Notes: generated from the letters alone by a model not told the origin. Counted from the first letter of the stretch, positions 20,660-30,401 are shown. The stretch is DNA of 64,000 nt from Candidatus Omnitrophota bacterium (GCA_043812495.1 JBDRMG010000018.1:7651-71650); one strand, 5' to 3'. Translations and numbers: made by a program.

Positions 20660-20687
20660 AGTATATTTTATATATAAAGTCTAACAA
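20660..20687 (-). promoter_or_regulatory. Putative sigma70 promoter of the fibre operon
   Basis: TTGTTA-N16-TATACT on the minus strand in an AT-rich gap. Confidence 0.35.
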
Positions 20688-20788
20688 CTTTTTAATAAGA
20701 AAAATAAAGGTTTAAAGAAAACGTTTTCTTGCGCAGAAATCTTGTAACTTCAATAATTTGTCGACTTATGGAAAAATCGTAAAAATCT

Positions 20789-21859
20789 CTAAAACGGCGT
20801 ATCGATGATGGAGTCAATGGTTGTTTTTAACGCCAATTTTGCTTCCAAAATCTTCTCCTTGACCAGATACGCGTCATCGGCCTCGGGTTCCAGGTACAGG
20901 TACATCTGATAATGCTCGATGGCGGTTTCATAATCCTGCAAGAACTCCCCGCTGATAAACGCCAAATTGTAATGCGCGCTTGCGTCGAAGGGTAAGAGCT
21001 CTATCACGCGCATATACTCCAAAGCGGCCTGGGTAAATTTCTTTTGCTCAAAAAAAGTATTGCCCAGATTGTAATGGAGCTTGGCCGAGTCTTCCAAAAG
21101 GCGTTTATTTTCCTGCCTGAGTTCCGTGATTTTTGAGGCGGCCTTGCGGGCCGTGCTTTCGACTTTGTGAAGCGTCTTTCTTGTTTTGTCCCGCAATTCC
21201 TTCTGGGTCTCTTTTTCGGCGGATGTGTGCTTCTTGTCCTTGAGGGTCGGCAAGATCTCCTGGATGGTGACGAGATCCTCCTTTTCTTGCTGAATTTTTT
21301 CTTTCTCCGTAACTTCAAGAGTTTCCTGAAATTGTTTCTCCTTCTGATCGAGGAGATTTCTTAATTCCTTGATTTGCGTCTCATATTTGCTTTGCATGGC
21401 ATCCAATTCCTGCAGTTGTCTCGATAAGTCGTCGCGCTGACGGCTGAGGGCATTGATGCGGTTGGAACGGATCTCTGTCTGACCGCGCAGGGACCCAATC
21501 TCTTTTTCTACCGATTCCTTCTCATCGATCAATCTTTTATTTTCCTCGATCATGTTTTTGAGGCTTTCATTGATCATAAGGATTTGCTTTTCTTCAACGG
21601 AAAGCTCAGCATCGGCCTTTTGGCCTTGCGGTAAGACAGCCTCTTTGCCCCCTACGGGTTCTTCGGAAAGAATCATCTGGTCCAAACCAATTTCTGTTTG
21701 AATCAGTTCTCCTTGCATATCATCTTCCTGAACGCCAAGGTCTTCCTGCTGAGCCCACAGGGCCGGCAGCGCAGCTACGCACAAACCTATCATGCAGGTC
21801 AAAAGGCAAAATGCCCAAAGCCAGATTTTCCCTCTCCAACCTTTCCGCTTTTTTTCCAT
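20789..21859 (-). CDS. Exported coiled-coil plus TPR protein
   Basis: Signal/TM segment; long coiled coil; TPR motifs LHYNLGNTF and AHYNLAFI; start moved to 21859 because the ORF-track start lies inside repeat C. Confidence 0.75.
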   Translation of the reverse strand: MEKKRKGWRGKIWLWAFCLLTCMIGLCVAALPALWAQQEDLGVQEDDMQGELIQTEIGLDQMILSEEPVGGKEAVLPQGQKADAELSVEEKQILMINESLKNMIEENKRLIDEKESVEKEIGSLRGQTEIRSNRINALSRQRDDLSRQLQELDAMQSKYETQIKELRNLLDQKEKQFQETLEVTEKEKIQQEKEDLVTIQEILPTLKDKKHTSAEKETQKELRDKTRKTLHKVESTARKAASKITELRQENKRLLEDSAKLHYNLGNTFFEQKKFTQAALEYMRVIELLPFDASAHYNLAFISGEFLQDYETAIEHYQMYLYLEPEADDAYLVKEKILEAKLALKTTIDSIIDTPF

Positions 21860-21877
21860 AATCTTATCCTTTTTTGA

Positions 21878-21957
21878 AATATTATGATTGTATTTGCTTG
21901 ATCCCCAGAGTCCGCCACTGATTGAGCGGCGGGACATCCGTAAGTCGCGGCCTCATT
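21878..21957. repeat. Modular palindromic intergenic element, copy C (minimal)
   Basis: AATATTATGATTGTATTTGCTTGATCCCC ... TAAGTCGCGGCCTCATT. Confidence 0.75.
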
Positions 21958-21977
21958 AAGATTTGTTTAATATTCTT

Positions 21978-23609
21978 TCACTTGCGTAAATCAATTGTCT
22001 TTTGGCGATAATCTTTCATGGGTTTAATCGAACCGCGCCACTCATCGTAGGGTTCGGTCGCCTGGACGATGTGCGGCGTAATAAAGATTACGATTTCCGT
22101 ATTTGTGATGGTATCGCTTTTGCTGCCAAAAAGATTGCCCACAAAAGGAATATCCATTAAGAACGGTATTCCTTTTTTAATTCCGCTTTTGTCTGCCTTT
22201 TTCAGGCCGCCTAAGATCACCGTGTTTCCGTCTTTGACCATGACGGTCGTCTCCACAAGTGTTTTGTTGACCTGCGGAATACCGCCGCCTTGCGAACTGA
22301 TTCTGGCGACAACCGTTGAGATCTCGGGCAAAAGACGCATCGTGACATAACCGTCATCATTGATTGTCGGTGTGACATTCAATTTCAAACCCACATCCAC
22401 AAAGCGCACGTCTTCTGAAGTGATGGCATTGTCTCCTGTACCCGATGTTGTAGAAATAATATAGGGCACGGTATCCCCGATATGGATTTTGGCCTCTTCA
22501 TTATTGGTCACCAGAAGTTTTGGATTCGATAAAATACGCGTATCGCTGATCTGCTTGAGAGCGCGCAAAGACATTTGAAAGGCATCCTGCGTAAAGTTGC
22601 CCACAGCGACCTTGCTGAACATGGAATAGAGATTGTCGCTCGTGGATAAATTGCTTTCATCCAAAAAGGCATTATTAAAGGAGACTTTTTTGATCTCATC
22701 GTCCGCGCTGTATCTGAAGTCCAGATTCCAATCCACGCCTGCATCAAACTGGGGCTTAAAGGTCAATTGCAAAACACGCGCCTCAATCATGACTTCCTTG
22801 GTTTTGACATCCAGGCTTTTCACTAATTCATCCACATCCTTGCGCCGGCCCGGAAAGGCGCGGACAATGAGCTGATTGGAGCGTTCGTCGGCCACAACAG
22901 AACCCACGGCATTGGCATCGATGCGGCTTCTTAATTTTTCCGCGACCACATCGGCCTTGGCGTATTGCAGATTGTAAATATACGTTTCCAGGGGTTTTTC
23001 GATTTGGATGATGGCCTCTTTCATTCGCGCGATGGCCTCGGGCGTATCGATCATCACAACCGAACCCGTATCCTCATCAATGATAATTTTGCCCAGATTG
23101 CTTTTGATATTATCCAGGGTTGCCAGCGCATAGCTGGGCTTGGCGTAATCCAGATGAACGATGCTCACCTGAGAACGGTCATTGAATTTGCGACCATACA
23201 TTTCCTGGTATTCGGCCTCGGACATGACAAAGATGATTTCATTCTGGAGCGTATACGCTAGGCCGTTGGAAATCAAAATGATGTCCAAGACATCTTCGAT
23301 CGAAACGCTTTGCAGATACAGGGTGATGCGGCCGCCCACGGCCCGGGAGGTGACCACATTGAATTCGCCTTTGAGCGCCAGAAATTTAATGACATCGATG
23401 ATGTTCATGTCGCGCACATCCAGGGTGATTTTGCGCTCCAGGCGTTTTTCGAGAGCATCCTGAACATTTTTGGACTTGATGGGAATCGGGGCTTCGATCA
23501 GTTCTTGATCTAATTCTTGAGCATACGCTACGGTGCATGCCCATAGGATCGCCGTCAGACACAATGTCCGACACAAAACATTCATTCTGCTTTTGTGTAT
23601 TTTTCTCAT
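21978..23609 (-). CDS. gspD: Secretin (GspD/PilQ family)
   Basis: STN/N domains; ADERSNQLIV; EVMIEARV; LSNPKLLV; DVGLKLNVTPTI; GIPFLMDIPFVGNLF; IFITPHIV. Confidence 0.9.
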   Translation of the reverse strand: MRKIHKSRMNVLCRTLCLTAILWACTVAYAQELDQELIEAPIPIKSKNVQDALEKRLERKITLDVRDMNIIDVIKFLALKGEFNVVTSRAVGGRITLYLQSVSIEDVLDIILISNGLAYTLQNEIIFVMSEAEYQEMYGRKFNDRSQVSIVHLDYAKPSYALATLDNIKSNLGKIIIDEDTGSVVMIDTPEAIARMKEAIIQIEKPLETYIYNLQYAKADVVAEKLRSRIDANAVGSVVADERSNQLIVRAFPGRRKDVDELVKSLDVKTKEVMIEARVLQLTFKPQFDAGVDWNLDFRYSADDEIKKVSFNNAFLDESNLSTSDNLYSMFSKVAVGNFTQDAFQMSLRALKQISDTRILSNPKLLVTNNEEAKIHIGDTVPYIISTTSGTGDNAITSEDVRFVDVGLKLNVTPTINDDGYVTMRLLPEISTVVARISSQGGGIPQVNKTLVETTVMVKDGNTVILGGLKKADKSGIKKGIPFLMDIPFVGNLFGSKSDTITNTEIVIFITPHIVQATEPYDEWRGSIKPMKDYRQKTIDLRK

Positions 23610-24373
23610 AGTTTCAACACCCGCTCCTCGTTTTCATACGTCAGGATGATCCGGTCGGCATAGATAGTTTTAATGGCCACATCATTAATTGTTTCGCCTT
23701 GTTTGAGGAAAAATGTCACTTGGCTTACGGTATTTTCAATCATGGCCGATGCCGATTCCGGGGTCTCGGACCAGGAGATCCCCACCAGCTTTAGGTCTTT
23801 GGTCATTGTTTCTATTTCACTGGCCTGAAGCTCGACAATGAGATCTTCGGTCGGCTTTTTCTTCTCATAAGGCTGAAACAGGTTGCGCCGTTTAAAATTC
23901 TCCAGGTAGTCGCTGATTTGCTTGATCGGAAGAAGCGCCATTATCATTTGCCCTTTTTGATTTTGGTCGACTTCAAAAATTACCTTTCCTTTGACGGACT
24001 TGAAATCTTTGATGACGTTGATCGTCAGAATCACCGCTGTGACCATGACTATGACACCTAAGAGGTGATTGATTTCTTTTAATCCTAAAGACAACGAGGC
24101 GGGGAATTGCGGAGGCTTTCCTTTGAGCAAATCCATCAGGGGCGATAAAAAAGACGGAAGATTGAGGGGTGGCAACCCTGTTCCTTTGACGGCTTGAGCT
24201 ACTTGCTGGGCCGCATCCTGGCTTTGAGGCGCCGGAGACGCCTGAGGCTGAGGTTGAGCTTGAGGCGATTGCGGGGTTTGCGGAGCTTGCTGGGCTTGGG
24301 CGGCTTGCTCTTGCTGGCCCTGGCTTTCAATGATTTTTAAAAGTTTTTGTTCAGCGGTTTCTTTTTTGGCCAT
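23606..24373 (-). CDS. GspC/PilP-like single-TM protein
   Basis: Q/P-rich linker, TM helix, RRNLFQP, LKLVGISW...AMIEN...LKQGE HR-domain pattern; immediately upstream of the secretin. Confidence 0.65.
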   Translation of the reverse strand: MAKKETAEQKLLKIIESQGQQEQAAQAQQAPQTPQSPQAQPQPQASPAPQSQDAAQQVAQAVKGTGLPPLNLPSFLSPLMDLLKGKPPQFPASLSLGLKEINHLLGVIVMVTAVILTINVIKDFKSVKGKVIFEVDQNQKGQMIMALLPIKQISDYLENFKRRNLFQPYEKKKPTEDLIVELQASEIETMTKDLKLVGISWSETPESASAMIENTVSQVTFFLKQGETINDVAIKTIYADRIILTYENEERVLKL

Positions 24374-24384
24374 GGCTCATTTTC

Positions 24385-25260
24385 TTACATCTTTGTTTTT
24401 TGAATGTTCGGATGACGATCGAGGCCGACTTGTCTTTCCTTTTCGATCACATCGCGCACAATGATGCGGTCCACCATCGGCTTATTCTGCATGACCATCT
24501 CTTTTAAAACCTTATGGCACAAAAGCGTGATCGCGCGCGGATACCCTTTGGAATAGTTATAAATTTCGCTCACGGCCTCATCATGAAAGAATTCCATGCG
24601 ACCGCTGTAGCCCGCTTTTTGAATACGGTAGTGAATCATGGCTTTTGTTTCCTGCGGCCCTAAAGGATTCAGCGTATATTTGAAACTGATCCGGTCTAGG
24701 AAGTTGGGCATGTTGACAATCTTGGGATACAATTCCATCTGCCCTAAGAGAACCAGTTGAATCAATTTGTATTCGTTGGTTTCGAAATTGAGAAGCAGGC
24801 GCAAAACTTCCAAGGTGGTGAGGCTCAGTTTTTGCGCTTCATCGATAATGAGAATGACTGTACTTTTTTCTTCCACACATTTTTGAATCAGGAACCGCTC
24901 GATGGTATCGCGCAGTTCCAAAATATTGGTCATATTGGTTTGGGTTTCCTGGTCGTACTCCAAGCTAAAATTTTTCACCAGAGAAAATAAAAACTGCTCT
25001 TCGCTTTCAAAGGACGGATTGAGGATCATATGAAAAATCATGTCGCCGCGCGCGCGAAGTTCTTGGACGAGTTTGCGCGAGAGAGATGTCTTTCCCGTTC
25101 CTATATCTCCAAAGATGACTGTGAGTCCGCGCTTTAAGCGCAGTTCAATCAGGATATTGGTGAGGGCCATGTCGTGTTCCCGGGTGAGATAAAAGAATTC
25201 CGGATCAGGGCTTGTGGAGAAGGGTTCCTTTTGAAATCCTAATAATTTATAATAACTCAT
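24385..25260 (-). CDS. ExeA/GspA-family AAA+ ATPase
   Basis: YYKLLGFQKEPFSTSPDP; GDIGTGKT; IIDEAQ; LLGQMEL; GYPRAI; start set at MSYY (25260). Confidence 0.88.
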   Translation of the reverse strand: MSYYKLLGFQKEPFSTSPDPEFFYLTREHDMALTNILIELRLKRGLTVIFGDIGTGKTSLSRKLVQELRARGDMIFHMILNPSFESEEQFLFSLVKNFSLEYDQETQTNMTNILELRDTIERFLIQKCVEEKSTVILIIDEAQKLSLTTLEVLRLLLNFETNEYKLIQLVLLGQMELYPKIVNMPNFLDRISFKYTLNPLGPQETKAMIHYRIQKAGYSGRMEFFHDEAVSEIYNYSKGYPRAITLLCHKVLKEMVMQNKPMVDRIIVRDVIEKERQVGLDRHPNIQKTKM

Positions 25261-25388
25261 ATTCAGCTTACTATTAATATTAATTAACAGAACTAAAAAA
25301 ATTTTGCCTATCCGACGGATGAGCAACTATCATAAAATGAGTGTATGAGTAATTTTATTTTAGCATAAGTGGTATGCTTGGGAAGGAT

Positions 25389-26378
25389 TTATTTCACTTT
25401 TTTGGAAAGAAAATTCAAAAGACAGGAAGGAATCCCGGCTAAAAAACCGGATGTTCTTGCCCATGCGCGAAGACCCATGACCCAAGACCAGAAAAATGCC
25501 TCTTTCGTCTTTTTTGTCATATCTAATGCATAGAAAATTTCCATGATACTCAAAAAAAGCATGCTACTTGCAAGGATTCTGAAGGCCCATGGCCTCAGCT
25601 GAGGGATTAAGCACAAGATCACACTCAATAAAATCAATAAAATCAGCGGCGGTTCGATCATATCTTTCCAGAATGTGTAGTCATCCCCGAGGCTCATCCG
25701 GGGGTGGTCTCTATACATCATGACACGCCAGAATCCATGGCGGAATTGTTCTTTTAAATACTTTCTTAGTTCGGTTGTGTGTTGGTGGGCAACTAAAATT
25801 TCTTGCGCAAAGTAAATTTTGTAACCCTTGTTTAGAATTTTGTAGCTTAAATCATTATCCTCTCCGCTTGCATGGCGGTATTGTTCATTAAAACCGCCAA
25901 CCTCCTCAAACACATTTCTTCTAACGCAAAAGTTATAGCTACCAAAGGATTTAGGATAAAGAGGCATTAATTTGATGTGACGATACATTATTTCTTTTTG
26001 TATGCACCGAGCCAGTAAACTGTCTTTATTGTACAATGTATAGCTTCCGGCAACAACTCCGATGGCAGGGTCCTTAAAATGCTTAAGAGCGCGCTGAATC
26101 CAATCCTTCTGAGGCATGCAATCCGCATCTGTAAAGAATATCCATTCCCCTTTTGATTCTTTGAATCCCCGATTTCGCGCACAGGCAGGTCCTTGATTTT
26201 CTTGTCGAATATAAAGAATGCCAGGAGCAAATTTCAGAATATTTTGCGTATTATCCGTCGAGCCATCATCTACCACAATCAATTCATGCTCTTGTGGATT
26301 GATCTGACTTTTGACGGCTTCAATTGTCTTTTCAATCGTTTTTTCACCGTTATAAACGGGAATAATGATGCTGATCAT
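25389..26378 (-). CDS. Family 2 glycosyltransferase with C-terminal TM helices
   Basis: SIIIPVYN, VDDGSTD, FTDADC and GEDNDL motifs. Confidence 0.9.
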   Translation of the reverse strand: MISIIIPVYNGEKTIEKTIEAVKSQINPQEHELIVVDDGSTDNTQNILKFAPGILYIRQENQGPACARNRGFKESKGEWIFFTDADCMPQKDWIQRALKHFKDPAIGVVAGSYTLYNKDSLLARCIQKEIMYRHIKLMPLYPKSFGSYNFCVRRNVFEEVGGFNEQYRHASGEDNDLSYKILNKGYKIYFAQEILVAHQHTTELRKYLKEQFRHGFWRVMMYRDHPRMSLGDDYTFWKDMIEPPLILLILLSVILCLIPQLRPWAFRILASSMLFLSIMEIFYALDMTKKTKEAFFWSWVMGLRAWARTSGFLAGIPSCLLNFLSKKVK

Positions 26379-26386
26379 TTATTTTC

Positions 26387-27064
26387 CTAATCGTTGATTA
26401 TCTTTTTCTTTTTCGCAATAACATAAAGCAGCATGCCAAATGATTGACCGCAAATGCGGTCGGGGGAGATTGCAAAAGGAATGGTATTGATGCCACCTTT
26501 TTGAATAACATCTAATTCATTAATTTCATGAACAGAGATCAAAGTCCTTGTCGTAAAAGGAGTTTCGTAAATCCCTGGCATAAGAAAGGGACGCAACAGC
26601 TGCCAGGGTGACCAGCGATTCGGAACAAAAGTTGCTAAGATGCCGTCATCGCCCAGCAAACCTGCGAGATTTCTAAGAATCCTAATTTGATGACTTTGAT
26701 CAAAATGTTCCAGGAGTCCATCGGAAAAGATCAGGGAAAACCTTTCAGGCAGACACGACGCCAATTCGTCTTTTGTGAGATCGCATTGGATGGTCTTTGC
26801 GCGGCCATCGGTCTTCTCGCTTGTCATCTTGAGAGCCTGCTCGGAATAATCGCAGGCTGTTGTGTTCATGCCCTGATCGCAGAAATATTTCGCAAAAAAG
26901 CCGCTTCCGCAGCCGGCATCGAGCGCATTCTTTCCTTTTTGCGCAAAGGGCTCAACGACTTTTATGATCCTTCTTTTGGACCAGCTAGCGTTTTCGCTTG
27001 TCTTTGATTCTTCACTGCTCCAGAATTGATTCCAAGAATTTTTTGTTGTCTGCTTTTGTGTCAT
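26387..27064 (-). CDS. Class I SAM-dependent methyltransferase
   Basis: LDAGCGSG motif I; GLLEHF; VPN. Confidence 0.85.
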   Translation of the reverse strand: MTQKQTTKNSWNQFWSSEESKTSENASWSKRRIIKVVEPFAQKGKNALDAGCGSGFFAKYFCDQGMNTTACDYSEQALKMTSEKTDGRAKTIQCDLTKDELASCLPERFSLIFSDGLLEHFDQSHQIRILRNLAGLLGDDGILATFVPNRWSPWQLLRPFLMPGIYETPFTTRTLISVHEINELDVIQKGGINTIPFAISPDRICGQSFGMLLYVIAKKKKIIND

Positions 27065-27414
27065 ACCATCTTCTTTTCCTTTAAATCATTAATTTCTTTC
27101 TCAAGCAATGCCATTTTCTGCGCCATAATTTCATTGCGTCGTTCCTGCTGATAAAGGAATGTTGTTGATAGCAAACTCAAGAAAATAAAAAAGCTTAGCA
27201 ACGAGAAGAAAATAAAATTGCTCGGTAACTCAAAACCAAGAAACGTGGCCATCCGGAATAACGCTTGATCAAAGATGACAAAGAACAAACCCGCAACGAA
27301 AAGGATCATCCATCCAAAAGCGTATTTGAATGTCAGTTTTTCCTGACGGATTAATTCGATCAAGAATGCAAGAAATCCGAGCAATATGCCCGCGCTGATT
27401 ATTTTGACATGCAT
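27061..27414 (-). CDS. DUF2304-like small membrane protein
   Basis: Three TM helices; LGFELPSN; LAQ-type C-terminal coil (MAQKMALLE); downstream of a DPM-like GT2. Confidence 0.75.
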   Translation of the reverse strand: MHVKIISAGILLGFLAFLIELIRQEKLTFKYAFGWMILFVAGLFFVIFDQALFRMATFLGFELPSNFIFFSLLSFFIFLSLLSTTFLYQQERRNEIMAQKMALLEKEINDLKEKKMV

Positions 27415-27418
27415 CGTG

Positions 27419-28129
27419 CTATCCTTTCTTCTTTAAGGTATTCATCAGAATCGCAAATGTCACTTTTATCATATAGTAGAGCGTGCTCAAATAACGAATT
27501 GACGAGAGTCCTTGCTGACGCTTGCGCATTTCAACAGGGACTTCCTGAAATCGAACGCCTGCTTTTTTCGCCATCATGATTTCTTCGGGTTCCGGAAAAT
27601 CCGTCGGATAGTCATCGGCAAACAGGCGAATCATCTTTTGATTATAAGCTCGAAATCCCGATGTGGAATCTGTTACGGCCAAGTGCGTTAACCCGCTGAT
27701 GAGCCATGCAAAGAAATTGATTCCTATGCGCCGGACAAAGGAGGATTGATACCCCAAAAACGGCGGGATAAAACGGCTTCCGACCGTAAGATCGGCCCGG
27801 TCATTCAGCACAGGTTCGGCGAGTGCTGCCAGATAGCGGACATCATGCTGGCCGTCGGCATCCACGCGCAGAACAAAATCATATTTTTCCTTAAGGGCGT
27901 ATTTAAATCCTGTTTGCACAGCGCCGCCGATGCCCACATTAAAAGGAAGGCGCACAACCAAGGCCCCGCTGTCTTTAGCTCTTTGCCTCGTCTCATCCTG
28001 TGAGCCGTCGTCAATCACAAGGAAATCATACGGGAGATGAAGATCCTGTATTTCGGTGAGAATCTGCCTGATATTCTTTTCTTCATTGAAGGCGGGAATG
28101 ATGATTAAAACTCTTTTGTTTTGTATCAT
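27419..28129 (-). CDS. GT2, polyprenol-phosphate glycosyltransferase-like
   Basis: IIPAFNEE, IDDGSQD, GIGGAVQTG, VDADGQHD, GSRF and DSTSGFRA motifs. Confidence 0.9.
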   Translation of the reverse strand: MIQNKRVLIIIPAFNEEKNIRQILTEIQDLHLPYDFLVIDDGSQDETRQRAKDSGALVVRLPFNVGIGGAVQTGFKYALKEKYDFVLRVDADGQHDVRYLAALAEPVLNDRADLTVGSRFIPPFLGYQSSFVRRIGINFFAWLISGLTHLAVTDSTSGFRAYNQKMIRLFADDYPTDFPEPEEIMMAKKAGVRFQEVPVEMRKRQQGLSSIRYLSTLYYMIKVTFAILMNTLKKKG

Positions 28130-28140
28130 GATTTAAATAA

Positions 28141-28384
28141 GATGTTATGATTACATTCGTTTTCATCCCCGCCATTGATTTTAGCGGCGAGCCTCTCGCT
28201 CATTATCATTCGCTCGAGGTAAATTCCGGCATTTGAGTTACGTTCCGTCAATTCGATAAAATCGAATTGACGAGACCTCGCGAAAATATTGAGAAAAAGG
28301 CGGGCGTTTCACTCCGTAACTCAAGCCGTCATTTATCGGCCATATGACTTATGTCGCTTCGCTGACCATAAGTCATGGCCTCAT
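28141..28384. repeat. Modular palindromic intergenic element, copy D
   Basis: Degenerate left end; shares an internal module with copy B; right end TAAGTCATGGCCTCAT overlaps the TGA stop of 28381..28767. Confidence 0.75.
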
Positions 28385-28767
28385 GGATATTTAATCACGC
28401 CAGCTTCTTGAAGGCGGGATATCAAACTGTGATCAATAATTTGTTTGCCCATGTTGATAATGACTCCCCCTTTAATGGATTTATCGATACGGATCTCAAG
28501 CGGTATGTTCCTTCCGCATTTCTTGAGTAAAGAATCCGTGATTTTGGCTTTGTCTTGGGGCGCAAGATCGCTGTACGCAATGATTTCGACTTTCGACAGC
28601 TGAAGGTCGAGTGCGCTTGGATAAATGGTGAGAACCTTCTGAATGGCGCTTTCCATCAACTGTTTGTGCAAGATTTTGACAAGAACAAAGACGATGATCG
28701 AAATGACAGCGATCTGTCCGCAGAATACAATCACAAATACTTTTCCCATTAATAAACCTGTTTCCAT
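28381..28767 (-). CDS. Short paralog of the b-delta protein (TM helix plus delta C-terminal domain)
   Basis: QIAVISIIVFVL TM resembles QVVAVGVIIFTL of 9622..10365; IDKSIKGGVIINMGKQIIDHSL delta C-domain motif. Confidence 0.7.
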   Translation of the reverse strand: METGLLMGKVFVIVFCGQIAVISIIVFVLVKILHKQLMESAIQKVLTIYPSALDLQLSKVEIIAYSDLAPQDKAKITDSLLKKCGRNIPLEIRIDKSIKGGVIINMGKQIIDHSLISRLQEAGVIKYP

Positions 28768-30395
28768 TAAGGCTTCCTTTTAAGCGGATCGAGCTCTTTG
28801 AGATACGTAGCGGCAAATCGAATGAGATCGATCTCTTTGTTGTCGATATATTCATTGGGGACCAGGCCGCTAAAATCAAAGACCTCCCCATCGGGATGAT
28901 GACCCCGGGCCGTGACCAAGAGCACCATCGAATCGTCATCAAAATGAAACATGCTTTTGAGGAACACTTGGCCGGCGGTATTTTTTCCTATGAGAACCGC
29001 CCGCTTTCTTTTCTGCAAAACGCCCGCAAACAGCTCGGAAGCGCTTCCGCTTTCTTGATTGACGAGAATCGCGATCGGCCCCTCATAGTGATAACGCGTA
29101 GGGATCTTGGGAACCGACAGCATGGCTTTGGGCTGTCCTTTTTTCTGAAAATAAGCGAATTCTTCATTGGGCGGCAAGAAAAACGAGGAAATTTCACACG
29201 CCGCTAAAGGCGGACCTCCGGGATTTCCGCGCAGATCTAAAATCAAACCCGAATCTCCTTGTTTTTCAATATAAGATAAGTAATTGAACATATCTTCGCT
29301 TGTCTTTCGGTTGAATGTGCGGATTTCCAGGCAATATATTCCCGGAATATCGACGGGAACTAGAAATACGGATTGCCGGAAGTATTCCTTGCTTGTCACG
29401 CTGATTTTCCTCTTTTTCTTTGTCTCGGCATCAATGTAGGCGAGGCGGACCATGGTATCTTCAAGCGGCATGAGCAATTCAGCGATTTCTTTTTCGGTCA
29501 TAGTCAACACATCGACACTGTTGATTTGAGTGATGATATCCTTAACCCTTAAGCCTTTTTTGTAGGCATCGGAACGCGGCTCCAGGCGCACGATGAAGTA
29601 TCCCTCATCGGTGAACCTGCCTTCGATGCCTAAATTAATCTTTTTCCCCAGAACCTTTTCTTCAAATTTCTTGGCGTCTTTCGGAGGGAAAAAGGCTGAG
29701 AAGCGATCGTCCGGATTTTTGAGATAATCAATCATATAGGCCGCGCTTCGCCATTTGATATAGTTGCTTGATTTTCCTTTACTATTCAAATTATTATATA
29801 TTTCCTTATTGAACCACTGGATGAAGTTGTCAAAATTCTCTCTTGAAACGGGAAAAAAGTAATTTTCATCCACAACTTTATAGACTTCATTAAAGAAAGC
29901 TACATATTCGTCGTAAACGGCTTGCGTCCGGTCTTCTATGGCTCCAAGAGGCGCTGCAACCATTAATGAACCTCCCCGTAGCAAGCTACGGAGTCTCTTA
30001 AAGGAAGTCCTGGATGGTTCATTCTTCGAAGCCGAATACCCAACCCTACTACGCTCAAAAACTTCACTTCGTTGCGTGTTTGAGTCCGCCTTCGTCCAAT
30101 ACTTTTCGTGTTGGACTTCGGCGGGATCTCGGCGAAGCCAAATGCGAAAGCAATTTGGCGGAGACGGACTTAGTAGGGTTCTACTTCCGCCTTCATCCTC
30201 CTTCGCCAAATACCTTTCGTATTTGGCTTCGGAGGATAGTCCTTCGGAGCGAAAGGCAAAAGCACTTTCGCGAAGTAGGACATCCCCGCAGCAAGCTGCG
30301 GGGTATTCGGCGAAGTAGAATAAAGAAAGGCTTAACCCAAATAGTTTAAGCCTTGCGGATGCATCCCTGAAATATCTTAAAATCTTTTTTCCCAT
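28767..30395 (-). CDS. S41 (CtpA-like) protease with PDZ domain; signal peptide interrupted in frame by a repeat element
   Basis: LGIEG PDZ loop; DLRGNPGG; SGSASE; GLVPN. Confidence 0.82.
   Translation of the reverse strand: MGKKILRYFRDASARLKLFGLSLSLFYFAEYPAACCGDVLLRESAFAFRSEGLSSEAKYERYLAKEDEGGSRTLLSPSPPNCFRIWLRRDPAEVQHEKYWTKADSNTQRSEVFERSRVGYSASKNEPSRTSFKRLRSLLRGGSLMVAAPLGAIEDRTQAVYDEYVAFFNEVYKVVDENYFFPVSRENFDNFIQWFNKEIYNNLNSKGKSSNYIKWRSAAYMIDYLKNPDDRFSAFFPPKDAKKFEEKVLGKKINLGIEGRFTDEGYFIVRLEPRSDAYKKGLRVKDIITQINSVDVLTMTEKEIAELLMPLEDTMVRLAYIDAETKKKRKISVTSKEYFRQSVFLVPVDIPGIYCLEIRTFNRKTSEDMFNYLSYIEKQGDSGLILDLRGNPGGPPLAACEISSFFLPPNEEFAYFQKKGQPKAMLSVPKIPTRYHYEGPIAILVNQESGSASELFAGVLQKRKRAVLIGKNTAGQVFLKSMFHFDDDSMVLLVTARGHHPDGEVFDFSGLVPNEYIDNKEIDLIRFAATYLKELDPLKRKP
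29965..30318. mobile_element. 354-bp composite palindromic (MITE/REP-like) insertion inside the S41 gene
   Basis: Inverted-repeat pairs AATGAACC/GGTTCATT, AACCCTACTA/TAGTAGGGTT, CTACTTC/GAAGTAG and GCCGAATACCC/GGGTATTCGGC; removal restores a signal peptide. Confidence 0.78.
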
Positions 30396-30401
30396 AGAGA
30401 T

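Noticed and set aside
24220-24325. Q/P/A-rich low-complexity tract in the GspC-like gene
   Set aside because: Looks like an ordinary disordered linker with no exact tandem unit.
29938-30349. Plus-strand ORFs of 126 and 111 aa
   Set aside because: They are open frames across the stop-poor palindromic insertion, antisense to the S41 gene.
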